Assembly: GCA_964001285.1 (NCBI GenBank)
Contig: CAXFAF010000007.1
Location: 8,255-72,254, forward strand
From: an uncultured bacterium
Lineage (GTDB): Bacteria > Pseudomonadota > Alphaproteobacteria > MED-G09
Reading direction: 5' to 3'
Length of the DNA: 64,000 nucleotides
Part shown: piece by piece, positions 18,021 through 27,977 of the stretch
Position numbering within the stretch: position 1 is the first letter of the stretch
Layout: each line of letters opens with the position of its first letter
Position numbers and translations under genes: made by a program
The notes under the pieces: model-generated
Databases searched by the model: none
The model's input: only the letters and a program-made list of their open reading frames with translations
What the model was told of the DNA's origin: nothing

Positions 18021-19519
18021 GCGATAAAGAAATAAATAAAGGCCTTGATCACGACGAACCTTTATTATTTGACATTGGTGATGTAAATAAATCTGGAGTT
18101 GATCTAAAGAAATATGAAAACAATGACAATTCTTTAGGAAAATCTTATGAAGACAGAGAAATTGGTCTTCCGGGTTTAAGTGAGCCAGAAACCGTTCGAC
18201 ATTATGTAAGGCTATCAAGAAAGAATTACTCTATTGATGCGGGTTTATATCCCTTAGGTTCATGTACCATGAAGCATAACCCTCGACTTAATGAAAAATT
18301 GGCAAGAATAAAGGGGTTTTCTGAAGTTCATCCCTTACAACCTATTTCTAGTTGTCAGGGAGCATTAGAGCTTATTTATGAAATATCTAATTGGTTAAAA
18401 GAATTAACTGGAATGAGTGCTGTTACAATGACGCCAAAAGCGGGAGCCCAAGGAGAGTTATGTGGTATGCTTGCTATTAAAAAAGCTTTGTTATCTAAAA
18501 ACGAACATCACAGAAACAAAGTTTTAGTGCCAGATTCTGCCCATGGAACAAATCCTGCTACTGCTGCCTTTTTAGGTTTTGAAGTTGTCACAATAAAATC
18601 TCATGAAGATGGAAGATTAAATTTTAAAGATTTTAAAGAAAATGTTGATGAAAACTTTGCAGCAGCGATGATTACAAATCCAAATACATGCGGTCTTTTT
18701 GAAAATGATATTATTGAGATTGCGGAATATATCCATAATTCTGGCGGATATTTGTATTGTGATGGAGCAAATTTTAATGCCTTAGTTGGCAAGGTTAAGC
18801 CGGGAGATTTAGGAATTGATGCAATGCATATAAATCTTCATAAAACTTTCTCAACACCGCATGGCGGTGGAGGACCCGGTTCTGGTCCAGTTGTTTTTTC
18901 AGAGATTTTAGCTGATTTCTGTCCAGCTCCCATTGTGGAAAAAGAAAATGATAAATTTGTTCTATATGAAGAAGAAAAGGAAGATAAATTAACTCATTCA
19001 TTTGGTCGTCTATGTGCTTTTCATGGACAAATGGGTATGTTTGTTAGGGCTTTATCCTATATGATGAGTCACGGTGCAGATGGCTTAAGACAAGTTTCAG
19101 AAGACGCCGTATTAAATGCTAACTACATCAAATCTTCATTAGAAAATGTTCTAACCTCAGCATATTCAGGTTTTTGTATGCATGAAGTTCTCTTTAACGA
19201 TGATTTTCTTGAAGGAAGTGGTGTTGAAACAATTGATTTTGCTAAAGCGCTTATAGATGAAGGTTATCATCCAATGACAATATATTTTCCACTTGTTGTT
19301 CATGGCGCTCTTTTGGTTGAACCAACTGAAACAGAATCTAAACACTCAATTGATCAGTTCATTGAGACTATAAAACATTTAGCAAGTAAAGTTTCTGAAG
19401 GTGAAGAATTCTTTAAAAAGGCACCTAAACATACTCCAATAAGAAGATTAGATGAAACCAAAGCAGCAAGAAATCCTGTATTAAGATGGAAAAAAGAGGA
19501 TGTTATAGCAGCTGAGTAG
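18017..19519 (+). CDS. gcvPB: glycine dehydrogenase (decarboxylating) subunit 2
   Basis: 500 aa. PLP-lysine region NLHKTFSTPHGGGGPG. 4-nt overlap with gcvPA. Confidence 0.9.
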   Translation: MSDKEINKGLDHDEPLLFDIGDVNKSGVDLKKYENNDNSLGKSYEDREIGLPGLSEPETVRHYVRLSRKNYSIDAGLYPLGSCTMKHNPRLNEKLARIKGFSEVHPLQPISSCQGALELIYEISNWLKELTGMSAVTMTPKAGAQGELCGMLAIKKALLSKNEHHRNKVLVPDSAHGTNPATAAFLGFEVVTIKSHEDGRLNFKDFKENVDENFAAAMITNPNTCGLFENDIIEIAEYIHNSGGYLYCDGANFNALVGKVKPGDLGIDAMHINLHKTFSTPHGGGGPGSGPVVFSEILADFCPAPIVEKENDKFVLYEEEKEDKLTHSFGRLCAFHGQMGMFVRALSYMMSHGADGLRQVSEDAVLNANYIKSSLENVLTSAYSGFCMHEVLFNDDFLEGSGVETIDFAKALIDEGYHPMTIYFPLVVHGALLVEPTETESKHSIDQFIETIKHLASKVSEGEEFFKKAPKHTPIRRLDETKAARNPVLRWKKEDVIAAE

Positions 19520-20127
19520 TGCCTGATCTTTCCATAGAAAAGAAAAAAAATAATTTAAATTATGATTTAATTGCTGGTGTTGATGAAGCTGGAAGAGGTC
19601 CTTGGGCTGGACCTGTATATTCGGCAGCAGTAATCTTAGATACTGCAAATATTCCAGCGGAAATCAATGATTCAAAAAAAATGTCTGAAAAAAAAAGAAA
19701 TGAAATTTATTCACGGATAGTTTCTGAGCATCATTATGCTGTGGGAATAGCTGATGTTAATGAAATTGATGAATTAAATATTTTACAGGCTTCCTTATTA
19801 TCGATGAAAAGGGCAATTACCAATCTTCTTTTAAAACCTGATTTTGTTCTTATTGATGGAGCTCATAAACCGGCTTTAGATATTGATTCAGAAAATATAA
19901 TAAAAGGTGATAACAAGTCATTATCAATCGCTGCTGCATCTATAATTGCAAAGGTTGAAAGAGACCAATTTATGAAAAAAATAGATGAAGAATACCCTCA
20001 TTATAATTGGAAGAAAAATAAGGGATATGGAACCAAAGAACATCAAAATGCATTAAACATACATGGCATCAGCGAACACCACAGAAAGTCTTTTTCTCCT
20101 ATCCGCAAGATATTGAGTCTTAACTAA
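19519..20127 (+). CDS. rnhB: ribonuclease HII
   Basis: GVDEAGRGPWAGPV catalytic signature. 202 aa. Confidence 0.9.
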   Translation: MPDLSIEKKKNNLNYDLIAGVDEAGRGPWAGPVYSAAVILDTANIPAEINDSKKMSEKKRNEIYSRIVSEHHYAVGIADVNEIDELNILQASLLSMKRAITNLLLKPDFVLIDGAHKPALDIDSENIIKGDNKSLSIAAASIIAKVERDQFMKKIDEEYPHYNWKKNKGYGTKEHQNALNIHGISEHHRKSFSPIRKILSLN

Positions 20128-20140
20128 CAATTGAGACTCA
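20113..20140 (+). promoter_or_regulatory. candidate ccrM promoter elements: two GANTC sites flanking a CtrA-like TTAA-N7-TTGA box
   Basis: GAGTC at 20115-20119. TTAAC at 20120-20124, then 7 nt, then TTGA at 20131-20134. GACTC at 20134-20138. The region spans the last rnhB codons and the 97-bp rnhB-ccrM spacer. Confidence 0.3.
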
Positions 20141-20224
20141 ACATATAGCGATAATCTATAAAATCTAATTCTAGGGATATATTTTATTGACCATTTTCTT
20201 TTTTCCGAAGAGGATAGGTGTGTA

Positions 20225-21337
20225 ATGAATGAAAAAAATAACAAAGTTGATATTAAGCGTAATCATATTTATAGAGGAGATTCTATAAGTGTACTTAAAG
20301 GTTTGCCGTCAGAATCTGTAGATGTTGTTTTTGCTGACCCGCCATATAATTTGCAATTAAAAAATGAACTTTCTAGACCAGATTCTTCAACTGTTTCTGC
20401 AGTCAATGACGAATGGGACCAGTTTGAAAGTTTTCAAAAGTATGATCAATTCACTATGAATTGGTTGAGCGAGATTAAGAGAATAATTAAAAAAGATGGA
20501 ACTATTTGGGTTATAGGCTCATATCACAATATATTTCGAATTGGTAAGGCTATTCAGGATCTAGGTTTTTGGATACTTAATGATGTAATATGGCGAAAAT
20601 CCAATCCTATGCCAAATTTTAGAGGAACGAGATTTACCAATGCTCATGAAACGCTAATTTGGGCATCTTCAAGCAAAGATTCAAAATATGATTTTAATTA
20701 TCAGGCGATGAAATCCTTAAATGAAGGTCTTCAAATGCGTTCGGACTGGGACTTGCCAATTTGTTCCGGCAAAGAGAGGTTAAAAGATAGTAATGGAAAA
20801 AAAATTCATTCAACACAAAAACCTGAATCTTTACTTCATAGGGTTTTGTTAGCTTCTTCAAATCCAGGAGATATAATTCTTGACCCTTTCTTTGGGACAG
20901 GCACAACAGGTGCAGTAGCAAAAAAGCTTGGTCGAGAATATGTTGGAGTAGAAAGGAACGCTAATTATATTAAGGCAGCAAAAAAGAGATTAAATAATAT
21001 ATCAACTTTAGATAATGAAGTATTACAGGTTACGGAGTCTAAGAAATCACAAATTCGAATACCTTTTGGTAGTTTAGTTGAAAACGGCATTATCAAGCCT
21101 GGAAGTATTTTAAAAGGACCTAAAAACCTTAAAGCTAAAAAATTTTCTGCAACTGTAAGAGCTGATGGGAGCATATATTCAAAGGGTGAAAATGGTTCTA
21201 TTCATCAAATAAGCGCTAAATTACAAGGAAAAGACTCTTGTAATGGTTGGACTTTTTGGCATGTAGAAAACAAGGGGGAGTTGCAGGTTATAGATAATCT
21301 GAGAACTAAATTTATAAATTCTTCGAAATCTAATTAA
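20225..21337 (+). CDS. ccrM: cell-cycle-regulated N6-adenine DNA methyltransferase CcrM-like (beta-class, GANTC-type)
   Basis: N-terminal DPPY motif (VFADPPYNL). SAM-binding FxGxG motif ([10 protein letters not shown]). About 90-aa C-terminal extension typical of CcrM. 370 aa. Sits next to rnhB as in many alphaproteobacteria. Confidence 0.8.
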   Translation: MNEKNNKVDIKRNHIYRGDSISVLKGLPSESVDVVFADPPYNLQLKNELSRPDSSTVSAVNDEWDQFESFQKYDQFTMNWLSEIKRIIKKDGTIWVIGSYHNIFRIGKAIQDLGFWILNDVIWRKSNPMPNFRGTRFTNAHETLIWASSSKDSKYDFNYQAMKSLNEGLQMRSDWDLPICSGKERLKDSNGKKIHSTQKPESLLHRVLLASSNPGDIILDPFFGTGTTGAVAKKLGREYVGVERNANYIKAAKKRLNNISTLDNEVLQVTESKKSQIRIPFGSLVENGIIKPGSILKGPKNLKAKKFSATVRADGSIYSKGENGSIHQISAKLQGKDSCNGWTFWHVENKGELQVIDNLRTKFINSSKSN

Positions 21338-22232
21338 TAATTATTTCCAATATAAGATAAAAGGAAATCAAAAAGCCCAAATTGTTATTGCTCTTAAAGA
21401 TTTTTAAACAATTATACCTATTATTAATGTCGAGATAATAAATCTGAAGAAATAGATGAATAATTAACGACGCAATTAAAGCATAAATTAGAAAACTATT
21501 ACTAATATTTAAAACTAAACTAGAAAATATAAAGCAAAAGATAAAATAAAATATAATTAAAGCATTTTTTGTATTTTTTCCTAACTTAATAGCTGAAGAT
21601 TTTAATCCCAGGACTATATCATCATCTCTATCTTGATGCGCATAGATCGTGTCGTAACCTACTGTCCAAAAAATACATGATAAATACAGAACAAAAGGGT
21701 AGTAAGATAGATTATTGGATAAAGATAACCATCCCAATAAGGCCCCCCAATTAAATGTAATTCCTAGAAATAATTGAGGCCACCAAGTTATCCTTTTCAT
21801 GAGCGGATATATAAATATAGGGGCTAAGGATAAACAGCCTAAAAGAATTGTAAGGGCATTAAATTGCAATAAAATAATAAGTCCTAAAATTAATTGAAAG
21901 ATCAAAAATATAATAGCATGTTTGGTACTTATTTTTCCTGAAGCAAGCGGTCTATTTTTTGTTCTATCTACATTTTTATCGAAATCTTTATCCAAAAAAT
22001 CATTCCATGTGCATCCAGCGCCACGCATAAGAATTGATCCAATAAAAAATAACAAGAAATAACTCAATGGGGGTATTGTATTTGAAATCATTCCATAAAG
22101 TAAAAGCGACCAAACACAAGGCCAAAAAAGGAGCATAAACCCTATTGGTTTATCATAACGCGCCAATTCTGCCCAGGGCTGGATTCTTTCGTATAAGCTT
22201 TTCTTTAAAAAAAAACTTTCGTTATTTACCAT
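21330..22232 (-). CDS. ubiA: 4-hydroxybenzoate polyprenyltransferase (UbiA family)
   Basis: UbiA Asp-rich motif [23 protein letters not shown]. Multiple TM helices. 300 aa. 3' end overlaps the ccrM 3' end by 8 nt (convergent). Confidence 0.8.
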   Translation of the reverse strand: MVNNESFFLKKSLYERIQPWAELARYDKPIGFMLLFWPCVWSLLLYGMISNTIPPLSYFLLFFIGSILMRGAGCTWNDFLDKDFDKNVDRTKNRPLASGKISTKHAIIFLIFQLILGLIILLQFNALTILLGCLSLAPIFIYPLMKRITWWPQLFLGITFNWGALLGWLSLSNNLSYYPFVLYLSCIFWTVGYDTIYAHQDRDDDIVLGLKSSAIKLGKNTKNALIIFYFIFCFIFSSLVLNISNSFLIYALIASLIIHLFLQIYYLDINNRYNCLKIFKSNNNLGFLISFYLILEIIIN

Positions 22233-22287
22233 TAATTTTTCCTTTTACGCTATTTAACATGTTATTCATGATTTGGAATTATTTTTT

Positions 22288-23028
22288 ATGAGCAATATAA
22301 GAATCTATATAAATAAAGAAATCACAAAAGGTTTTGTAGTTTTAGATAAATCCCAATCTCATTATATAAAAAATGTAATGCGCGTAAAAGTCGGAGATAT
22401 GTTTAATATATTTAATGAAAATGATGGTGAGTGGAGAGTAAAACTTAAAGAAATTAAAAAGAATAAATTAATTGTTAATGTTGAAGAATATATAGGAATT
22501 AAACCAGAGCCTGCGGATGTTTGGGTTTTATTTGCACCTGTTAAGAAGTTAAGAACAGATTATATTTCCCAAAAAATTACTGAATTAGGCGCGCAATTAA
22601 TTTGGCCTATAATTACTGAAAGAACACAATTTAAAAGTATAAAGTCTTCTAAAATATTATCTAATGCCATTGAAGCAGCAGAACAATGCGGTCTGACATC
22701 TATCCCAAAGGTAAAGAAATCCAAAGATTTAAATTATCTTTTGGATAATTGGAAAACTATTGCTGAAGATAGGTTATTAATTTTCTGCGACGAAAATATT
22801 TCAGGCAATCCTAAAACACTCTTAAAAAGCGCAAAGAAAAAAAACAAAAAAAACAAATGGGCGATATTAATTGGCCCTGAAGGCGGATTTAGCCAAAATG
22901 AAAGAAATAAAATTATTAAATTAAAGGATTCAATTAATATATCCTTGGGGCCAAGAATTTTGAGGTCAGATACCGCTATTGTCAGCGCATTAACAATTTT
23001 TCATTCAATTTTAGGTGATTGGGTATAG
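22288..23028 (+). CDS. rsmE: 16S rRNA (uracil1498-N3)-methyltransferase
   Basis: RsmE-like N-terminus (MSNIRIYI) and C-terminal SPOUT motif LIGPEGGFS. The ORF track starts at TTG 22273; ATG at 22288 fits the family N-terminus better. Confidence 0.75.
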   Translation: MSNIRIYINKEITKGFVVLDKSQSHYIKNVMRVKVGDMFNIFNENDGEWRVKLKEIKKNKLIVNVEEYIGIKPEPADVWVLFAPVKKLRTDYISQKITELGAQLIWPIITERTQFKSIKSSKILSNAIEAAEQCGLTSIPKVKKSKDLNYLLDNWKTIAEDRLLIFCDENISGNPKTLLKSAKKKNKKNKWAILIGPEGGFSQNERNKIIKLKDSINISLGPRILRSDTAIVSALTIFHSILGDWV

Positions 23029-23059
23029 TAAAAAGGGCTAAAATTTTTTAAATAATATT

Positions 23060-24412
23060 ATGGATAGAATCGAATCAAAAGAGCAATTAATTGAATTTAT
23101 TAGATCTGGTGAAAAAAAACCTAATCAATTTAAAATCGGTACAGAGCACGAAAAATTTGCATTTGATATTTTAAATAAGAAACCCGTCCCTTATGAAGGA
23201 AAAAACGGCATTAAGGAATTACTTACAAACCTTGGGGAGTTTGGGTGGGAACCAGTCAAAGAGGCTGATAATGTAATTGCTCTTTCTAGACCTGATTCTC
23301 TTGGAGGGGGTTCAATAACTCTTGAGCCCGCAGGTCAATTCGAGCTTTCAGGAACAATGTTAGATAGCATCCACGAAACTTTAACAGAAATTCAAGAACA
23401 TAAAGATCAACTCTATCAGGTTGCAAAAAAAATGGATCTATCCTTTTTAGCAATTGGCTTCACACCTGACTGGTCAAGAGAGGATATGCATCTTATGCCA
23501 AAGAAGAGGTATGAGATTATGAGAAGATATATGCCCAAAAAGGGAGATCATGGTTTAGATATGATGCTAAGATCATGCACAACTCAAGTAAATTTAGATT
23601 ATTCATCAGAAAGTGATATGATAAAAAAAATAAGGTTATCATTTCTTCTTCAGCCGATAGCTACAGCATTATTCTCAAACTCACCAATAAGCGATAACAA
23701 AATAAATGGTTTTAAATCAGTTAGAAGTTATTTTTGGACAGATACTGATCCTGATAGGACCGGTATTCTTCCTTTCATCTTTAAGGAGGATATGAGTTAT
23801 GAGAGCTATGTAAATTATGCATTAAATGTTCCAATGTATTTTATATATAGGGATGGTAAATATATTGATCTATCTGGAAGTTCGTTTGTTGATTTTATGA
23901 ATGGAAAATTAGAATCTCAAGAAAATCTAGTCGCTACAATTGAAGATTGGGAATTGCATCTAACAACGATTTTTCCCGAAGTCAGGCTGAAAACTTTTCT
24001 TGAGATGAGAGGGGCTGATGCTGGAAATATTGATCATGTATGTGCTCTTTCAGCTTTTTGGGTAGGTCTATTGTATGACGACACTTCACTAGAAAACGCT
24101 CTTAATTTGGTTAATGATGTTTCTTTTGAAAGCTTATTAGAATTAAGAAATTCTACTCCTAAAGAAGGCTTAGACTGTAGAGTAGGGAGTCATAATGTTT
24201 TTGAAATAGCTAAAGAGGCTGTAAGAATATCAAGTGAAGGATTAAAGAGAAGAGAAAGAATAGACAGTAATGGTAATGATGAACAGATATACTTAACGCC
24301 GCTATTTGAGACCATAAAAAACAAAGAAAGCCCTGCAGATAAATTATTAAGAAAATATAATAATGAATGGAATAAAGATATAATGAAAATTTATGAAAAT
24401 TGTCTTTTCTAG
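23060..24412 (+). CDS. gshA: glutamate-cysteine ligase, plant/alphaproteobacterial type (GCS2 family)
   Basis: 450 aa, the length and general architecture of GCS2-type gamma-glutamylcysteine synthetases. rsmE-gshA adjacency is common in alphaproteobacteria. Confidence 0.65.
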   Translation: MDRIESKEQLIEFIRSGEKKPNQFKIGTEHEKFAFDILNKKPVPYEGKNGIKELLTNLGEFGWEPVKEADNVIALSRPDSLGGGSITLEPAGQFELSGTMLDSIHETLTEIQEHKDQLYQVAKKMDLSFLAIGFTPDWSREDMHLMPKKRYEIMRRYMPKKGDHGLDMMLRSCTTQVNLDYSSESDMIKKIRLSFLLQPIATALFSNSPISDNKINGFKSVRSYFWTDTDPDRTGILPFIFKEDMSYESYVNYALNVPMYFIYRDGKYIDLSGSSFVDFMNGKLESQENLVATIEDWELHLTTIFPEVRLKTFLEMRGADAGNIDHVCALSAFWVGLLYDDTSLENALNLVNDVSFESLLELRNSTPKEGLDCRVGSHNVFEIAKEAVRISSEGLKRRERIDSNGNDEQIYLTPLFETIKNKESPADKLLRKYNNEWNKDIMKIYENCLF

Positions 24413-24466
24413 GTTTTGCTATTTTCTGTATTTATGTTTAAATTATTTTTTTGAGGATAAAAAACG

Positions 24467-25585
24467 ATGAATTTTGATTTTTCTGAAGACCAAAAATTAC
24501 TAAAGGAACAAGTTTCTAAATTTTTGGCAGATAATTGCAATATTGATGTTGTTAGAGATGTTTTAGAGGGTGAATCCAGTTATTCAGAGGTTGTTTGGAA
24601 TGGACTTGTAGAACTTGGATTAACAGGTACAGCAATTCCAGAGGAGTATGGTGGAATTGGTTTAGGTGCTTTAGAGTTATGTGTTATTGCAGAAGAAATA
24701 GGAAGAGCGGCTGCTCCAGTTCCATTTTCATCTTCAGTTTATCTAGGTACAGATGCAATAGTAAAATATGGTACGGAGAGTCAAAAAGAAAAGTGGTTGC
24801 CAAAACTTGCATCTGGAGAAATTATTTCAACTTTCGCTTTACCTGAAACGAATTCAGAACCAACTGAGAAAAATATCAAAACATCAATTTTAGATGGAAA
24901 AATTAATGGTAAAAAGATTCCTGTTGCTGATGGGAGTTATGCTGACATTGCTATAGTTGTTGTTAGGGATGCTTCTACAGAAAATATAGCTTTAGCTATC
25001 ACTGAGCTGAATAATAGCAATGTAAGTAGAAACCAGATCAGCACATTAGACCCTTCAAGAGACCACGCAGAAATCGTTTTCAAAGATTCTGAGGGTGAGC
25101 TAATGGATACAGGTGATGAGGGATGGAGTGCTATAGAGAGAGTATTAGATTCTGCTGCTGTTTTAATGGCTTTTGAGCAGATTGGTGGTGCAGAAGCTTC
25201 ACTTAAGATGGCAAAAGAATATGCTTTAGATAGGTATGCTTTTGGACGGCAGATTGGTTCCTATCAAGCTATTAAGCATAAGCTTGCGGACATGTATGTC
25301 AAAATTGAGTTAGCTAGATCTAACAGTTTTTACGGAGCTATGATGTTGAATGATGATGGTGCTGATTTAAAGATTGCAGCAGCAGCATCAAGAGTAGCTG
25401 CAACTGATGCATTTAATTTTGCTGCACAAGAGAATGTTCATACACATGGTGGTATTGGTTTTACTTGGGAGGCTGATACACAATTTTTCTATAGAAGAAG
25501 TCAAGTTTTAGGACTAGCTTTAGGAAGTTCTCTAACTTGGAAAAATAAACTTGTAAACCAACTTGAAGAAAAGAATATTAGTTAA
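24467..25585 (+). CDS. acyl-CoA dehydrogenase family protein (372 aa)
   Basis: ACAD N-terminal, middle beta-barrel and C-terminal helical domains are recognisable (GGIGLGALELCVIAEE, AFGRQIGSYQAIKHKLADM, HGGIGFTWEAD). Confidence 0.8.
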   Translation: MNFDFSEDQKLLKEQVSKFLADNCNIDVVRDVLEGESSYSEVVWNGLVELGLTGTAIPEEYGGIGLGALELCVIAEEIGRAAAPVPFSSSVYLGTDAIVKYGTESQKEKWLPKLASGEIISTFALPETNSEPTEKNIKTSILDGKINGKKIPVADGSYADIAIVVVRDASTENIALAITELNNSNVSRNQISTLDPSRDHAEIVFKDSEGELMDTGDEGWSAIERVLDSAAVLMAFEQIGGAEASLKMAKEYALDRYAFGRQIGSYQAIKHKLADMYVKIELARSNSFYGAMMLNDDGADLKIAAAASRVAATDAFNFAAQENVHTHGGIGFTWEADTQFFYRRSQVLGLALGSSLTWKNKLVNQLEEKNIS

Positions 25586-25597
25586 AGGAGAATATTT

Positions 25598-26827
25598 ATG
25601 GATTTTAATGATACAAAAGAAGAGGCAGAATTTCGTTCAGAAGTTAAAGATTGGCTCAAAAATAATGCTCCTGATAGTTTAAAAGTTGCGGCTCGTTATG
25701 ATGCGATCGATGTTAAAGAAGATGTTTTATCTAGAGCGCGTGAGTGGCAAGCAAAGAAGGCTGATGCTGGTTATGCAGCAATTACTTGGCCAAAAGAATT
25801 TGGTGGGCTAGGGGGTACTGCAATTCAATCAGTTATATATTCGCAAGAAGAATCTAAATACAATATACCTGCTGGATTTTTTGAAATTGGTTTAGGTATG
25901 TGTATACCTACAATGATGGCTTGGGCTACTCAAGAACAAAACGAAAGATATGTTAAACCTGCTCTTTATGGTGAGGAAGTTTGGTGCCAGTTGTTTTCGG
26001 AGCCATCTGCCGGCTCTGATGTTGCTGGTGTAAGAACGAAGGCGGAAAAAGATGGAGATAATTGGATAATCAATGGTCAAAAAGTATGGACTTCAGGCGC
26101 TCATTTTTCTGACTTTGGGATTATTGTTGTTCGTACAGACCCTAATGTCGCAAAACATAAAGGTTTATCATTTTTTTTCTTGGATATGAAGTCCAAAGGG
26201 ATTGAAGTTAAACCCATTAGGCAAATATCAGGCGGTGCGAATTTTAATGAAGTTTTTTTTACAGATGTAAGAGTTCCTGATTCTCAAAGACTTGGAGAGG
26301 TTGGTGAGGGATGGAAAGTTGCTCTAACAACTCTTATGAATGAAAGACTTGCTATTGGTGTTCCTAAATCTGCAGACCATACATCACTTACCAGAGCAGC
26401 TAAAGAATTGAACATTAATGATGAACCAGCCATAAAAAATGATCTTGTGAGATCCAAAATAGCTGACTGGTATATTCAAGCCGAAGGATTAAAATATACA
26501 AAGATGAGAACATTAACAGCGCTCTCTAAAGGAGAAACGCCTGGTCCAGAAAGTTCCATTGGAAAAATTGTTTCAGCTCCAAAAATGCAAGATTTAGCGT
26601 CTTTTGCTATGGATTTACAAGGTGCTGCAGGAATAATTAATGATGCTGAAATTGCTTTATTACATTCTATATTTCAAAGCCAATGGTTAAGCGCAGCAGG
26701 GTACAGGATTGCTGGCGGCACAGATGAGATTCTAAGAAATATTGTTGCAGAAAGAGTTTTAGGTCTTCCTCAAGATGTAAGGGTAGATAAAGAAGTGCCA
26801 TTTAACGAACTTCCAAGCGGACGTTAA
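25598..26827 (+). CDS. acyl-CoA dehydrogenase family protein (409 aa)
   Basis: ACAD hallmarks present (QLFSEPSAGSDVAG, WKVALTTLMNERL). 12-nt gap to the upstream paralogue. Confidence 0.8.
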   Translation: MDFNDTKEEAEFRSEVKDWLKNNAPDSLKVAARYDAIDVKEDVLSRAREWQAKKADAGYAAITWPKEFGGLGGTAIQSVIYSQEESKYNIPAGFFEIGLGMCIPTMMAWATQEQNERYVKPALYGEEVWCQLFSEPSAGSDVAGVRTKAEKDGDNWIINGQKVWTSGAHFSDFGIIVVRTDPNVAKHKGLSFFFLDMKSKGIEVKPIRQISGGANFNEVFFTDVRVPDSQRLGEVGEGWKVALTTLMNERLAIGVPKSADHTSLTRAAKELNINDEPAIKNDLVRSKIADWYIQAEGLKYTKMRTLTALSKGETPGPESSIGKIVSAPKMQDLASFAMDLQGAAGIINDAEIALLHSIFQSQWLSAAGYRIAGGTDEILRNIVAERVLGLPQDVRVDKEVPFNELPSGR

Positions 26828-27918
26828 AAATTTACTTGAATTTTATTAACTGTTTTTCCATTAATATCTTTTAGAGAAAGAAGAATTTCCTTATTGTTTT
26901 TAAATTCTATCAATCCGTAATTTTCCCATAAATATAAGGAGTTAATCCTATTAGGGCCTGCTTCGGGAGGTCTTTTCTTTCCTTTATATTTTGACACCCA
27001 AGCACCACCTGGCAGATTTAACGAGCTTGAGGTTAATTCGTATATATCATTACCACCCTTAGTTTTACCTTTATAGATGCCTCCTGCATGCCTATCCCCA
27101 GATAAAAATATCATATTATTAATCCCTTTTTTATCTATAAGATCGTAAAGTTTATTTTTTTCTAAGGGTAGATTTCCCCATTTCTCATACCCATGTCCTT
27201 CAGCTATAATTTGAATGCTTGAAACTAAAACCCTTATGTCTGCATTTTCATCTAAAGCATTAGATAACCAATTCCACTGATCATTCCCAAGAAATGTTTT
27301 TGATGGATCGTTATCCGGTAAATATCTTTCTTTAGTAGGCGCCCCCCACTCATCAGTTCTTTTAAGGGGTGATCGAAAGTATCTTGTATCTAAAAAAATA
27401 AATTGAACTATACCATCATCGGTCAGTCTTTTTGTTTCAAAATATATACCGTCTCTTTGTCTTCGAATATCATTTTGGGATGCTCCCCAAAAATCTAAGA
27501 AAAGTTCTTTAGCTTCTTTTTTATAAGGGTATTCTGCACCGCCATCGTTTTTGCCATAATCATGATCATCCCATATTGCGAAAATTTCATTGGTCTTTTT
27601 TAATTCTACAAAAGGAATTTTTGTTTTTTGTTTATTATAAGCTTTTTTTAGTTTTCCAAGTTTACCAGTCTTTTTATCGTCACCATATACATTATCACCC
27701 ATAAATATAAAAAGATCCGACTTATCCTTTAAAATGCTTTTCCAAATAGGTTGTTTTCGTTCTTGAGTAACACAAGCGCCTAAAGCAACTTTTTTGATTT
27801 TTTTTGGTGATGCCTGAAGGTTTTTTATAATAGGCAGTGATGAAAATAAAATAACCACACTTCCAAGAAGAAATGCTCTACGACTTATAAAAGAACTTAT
27901 TCTTTTTTTCATATACAA
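26824..27918 (-). CDS. PhoD-family alkaline phosphatase/phosphodiesterase with twin-arginine signal peptide
   Basis: Tat motif SRRAFLLGS in the N-terminus. Calcineurin-like metallophosphatase motifs FIFMGDNVYGDD, WDDHDYGKND and FLSGDRHAGG. 364 aa. Immediately downstream of the TBDR on the same strand. Confidence 0.7.
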   Translation of the reverse strand: MYMKKRISSFISRRAFLLGSVVILFSSLPIIKNLQASPKKIKKVALGACVTQERKQPIWKSILKDKSDLFIFMGDNVYGDDKKTGKLGKLKKAYNKQKTKIPFVELKKTNEIFAIWDDHDYGKNDGGAEYPYKKEAKELFLDFWGASQNDIRRQRDGIYFETKRLTDDGIVQFIFLDTRYFRSPLKRTDEWGAPTKERYLPDNDPSKTFLGNDQWNWLSNALDENADIRVLVSSIQIIAEGHGYEKWGNLPLEKNKLYDLIDKKGINNMIFLSGDRHAGGIYKGKTKGGNDIYELTSSSLNLPGGAWVSKYKGKKRPPEAGPNRINSLYLWENYGLIEFKNNKEILLSLKDINGKTVNKIQVNF

Positions 27919-27977
27919 ATTATATAAAAAAAGGGCACTAATTAATAGCGCCCTTTTCTTAATTAATTCTATTTAGA

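Noticed and set aside
24467-26827. Possibility that the two ACAD ORFs are one frameshifted gene or pseudogene
   Set aside because: Each has its own ACAD-like N-terminus (MNFDFSEDQ… and MDFNDTKEEAEFR…) and a full complement of domains. A clean 12-nt spacer with a stop codon separates them. Two genes.
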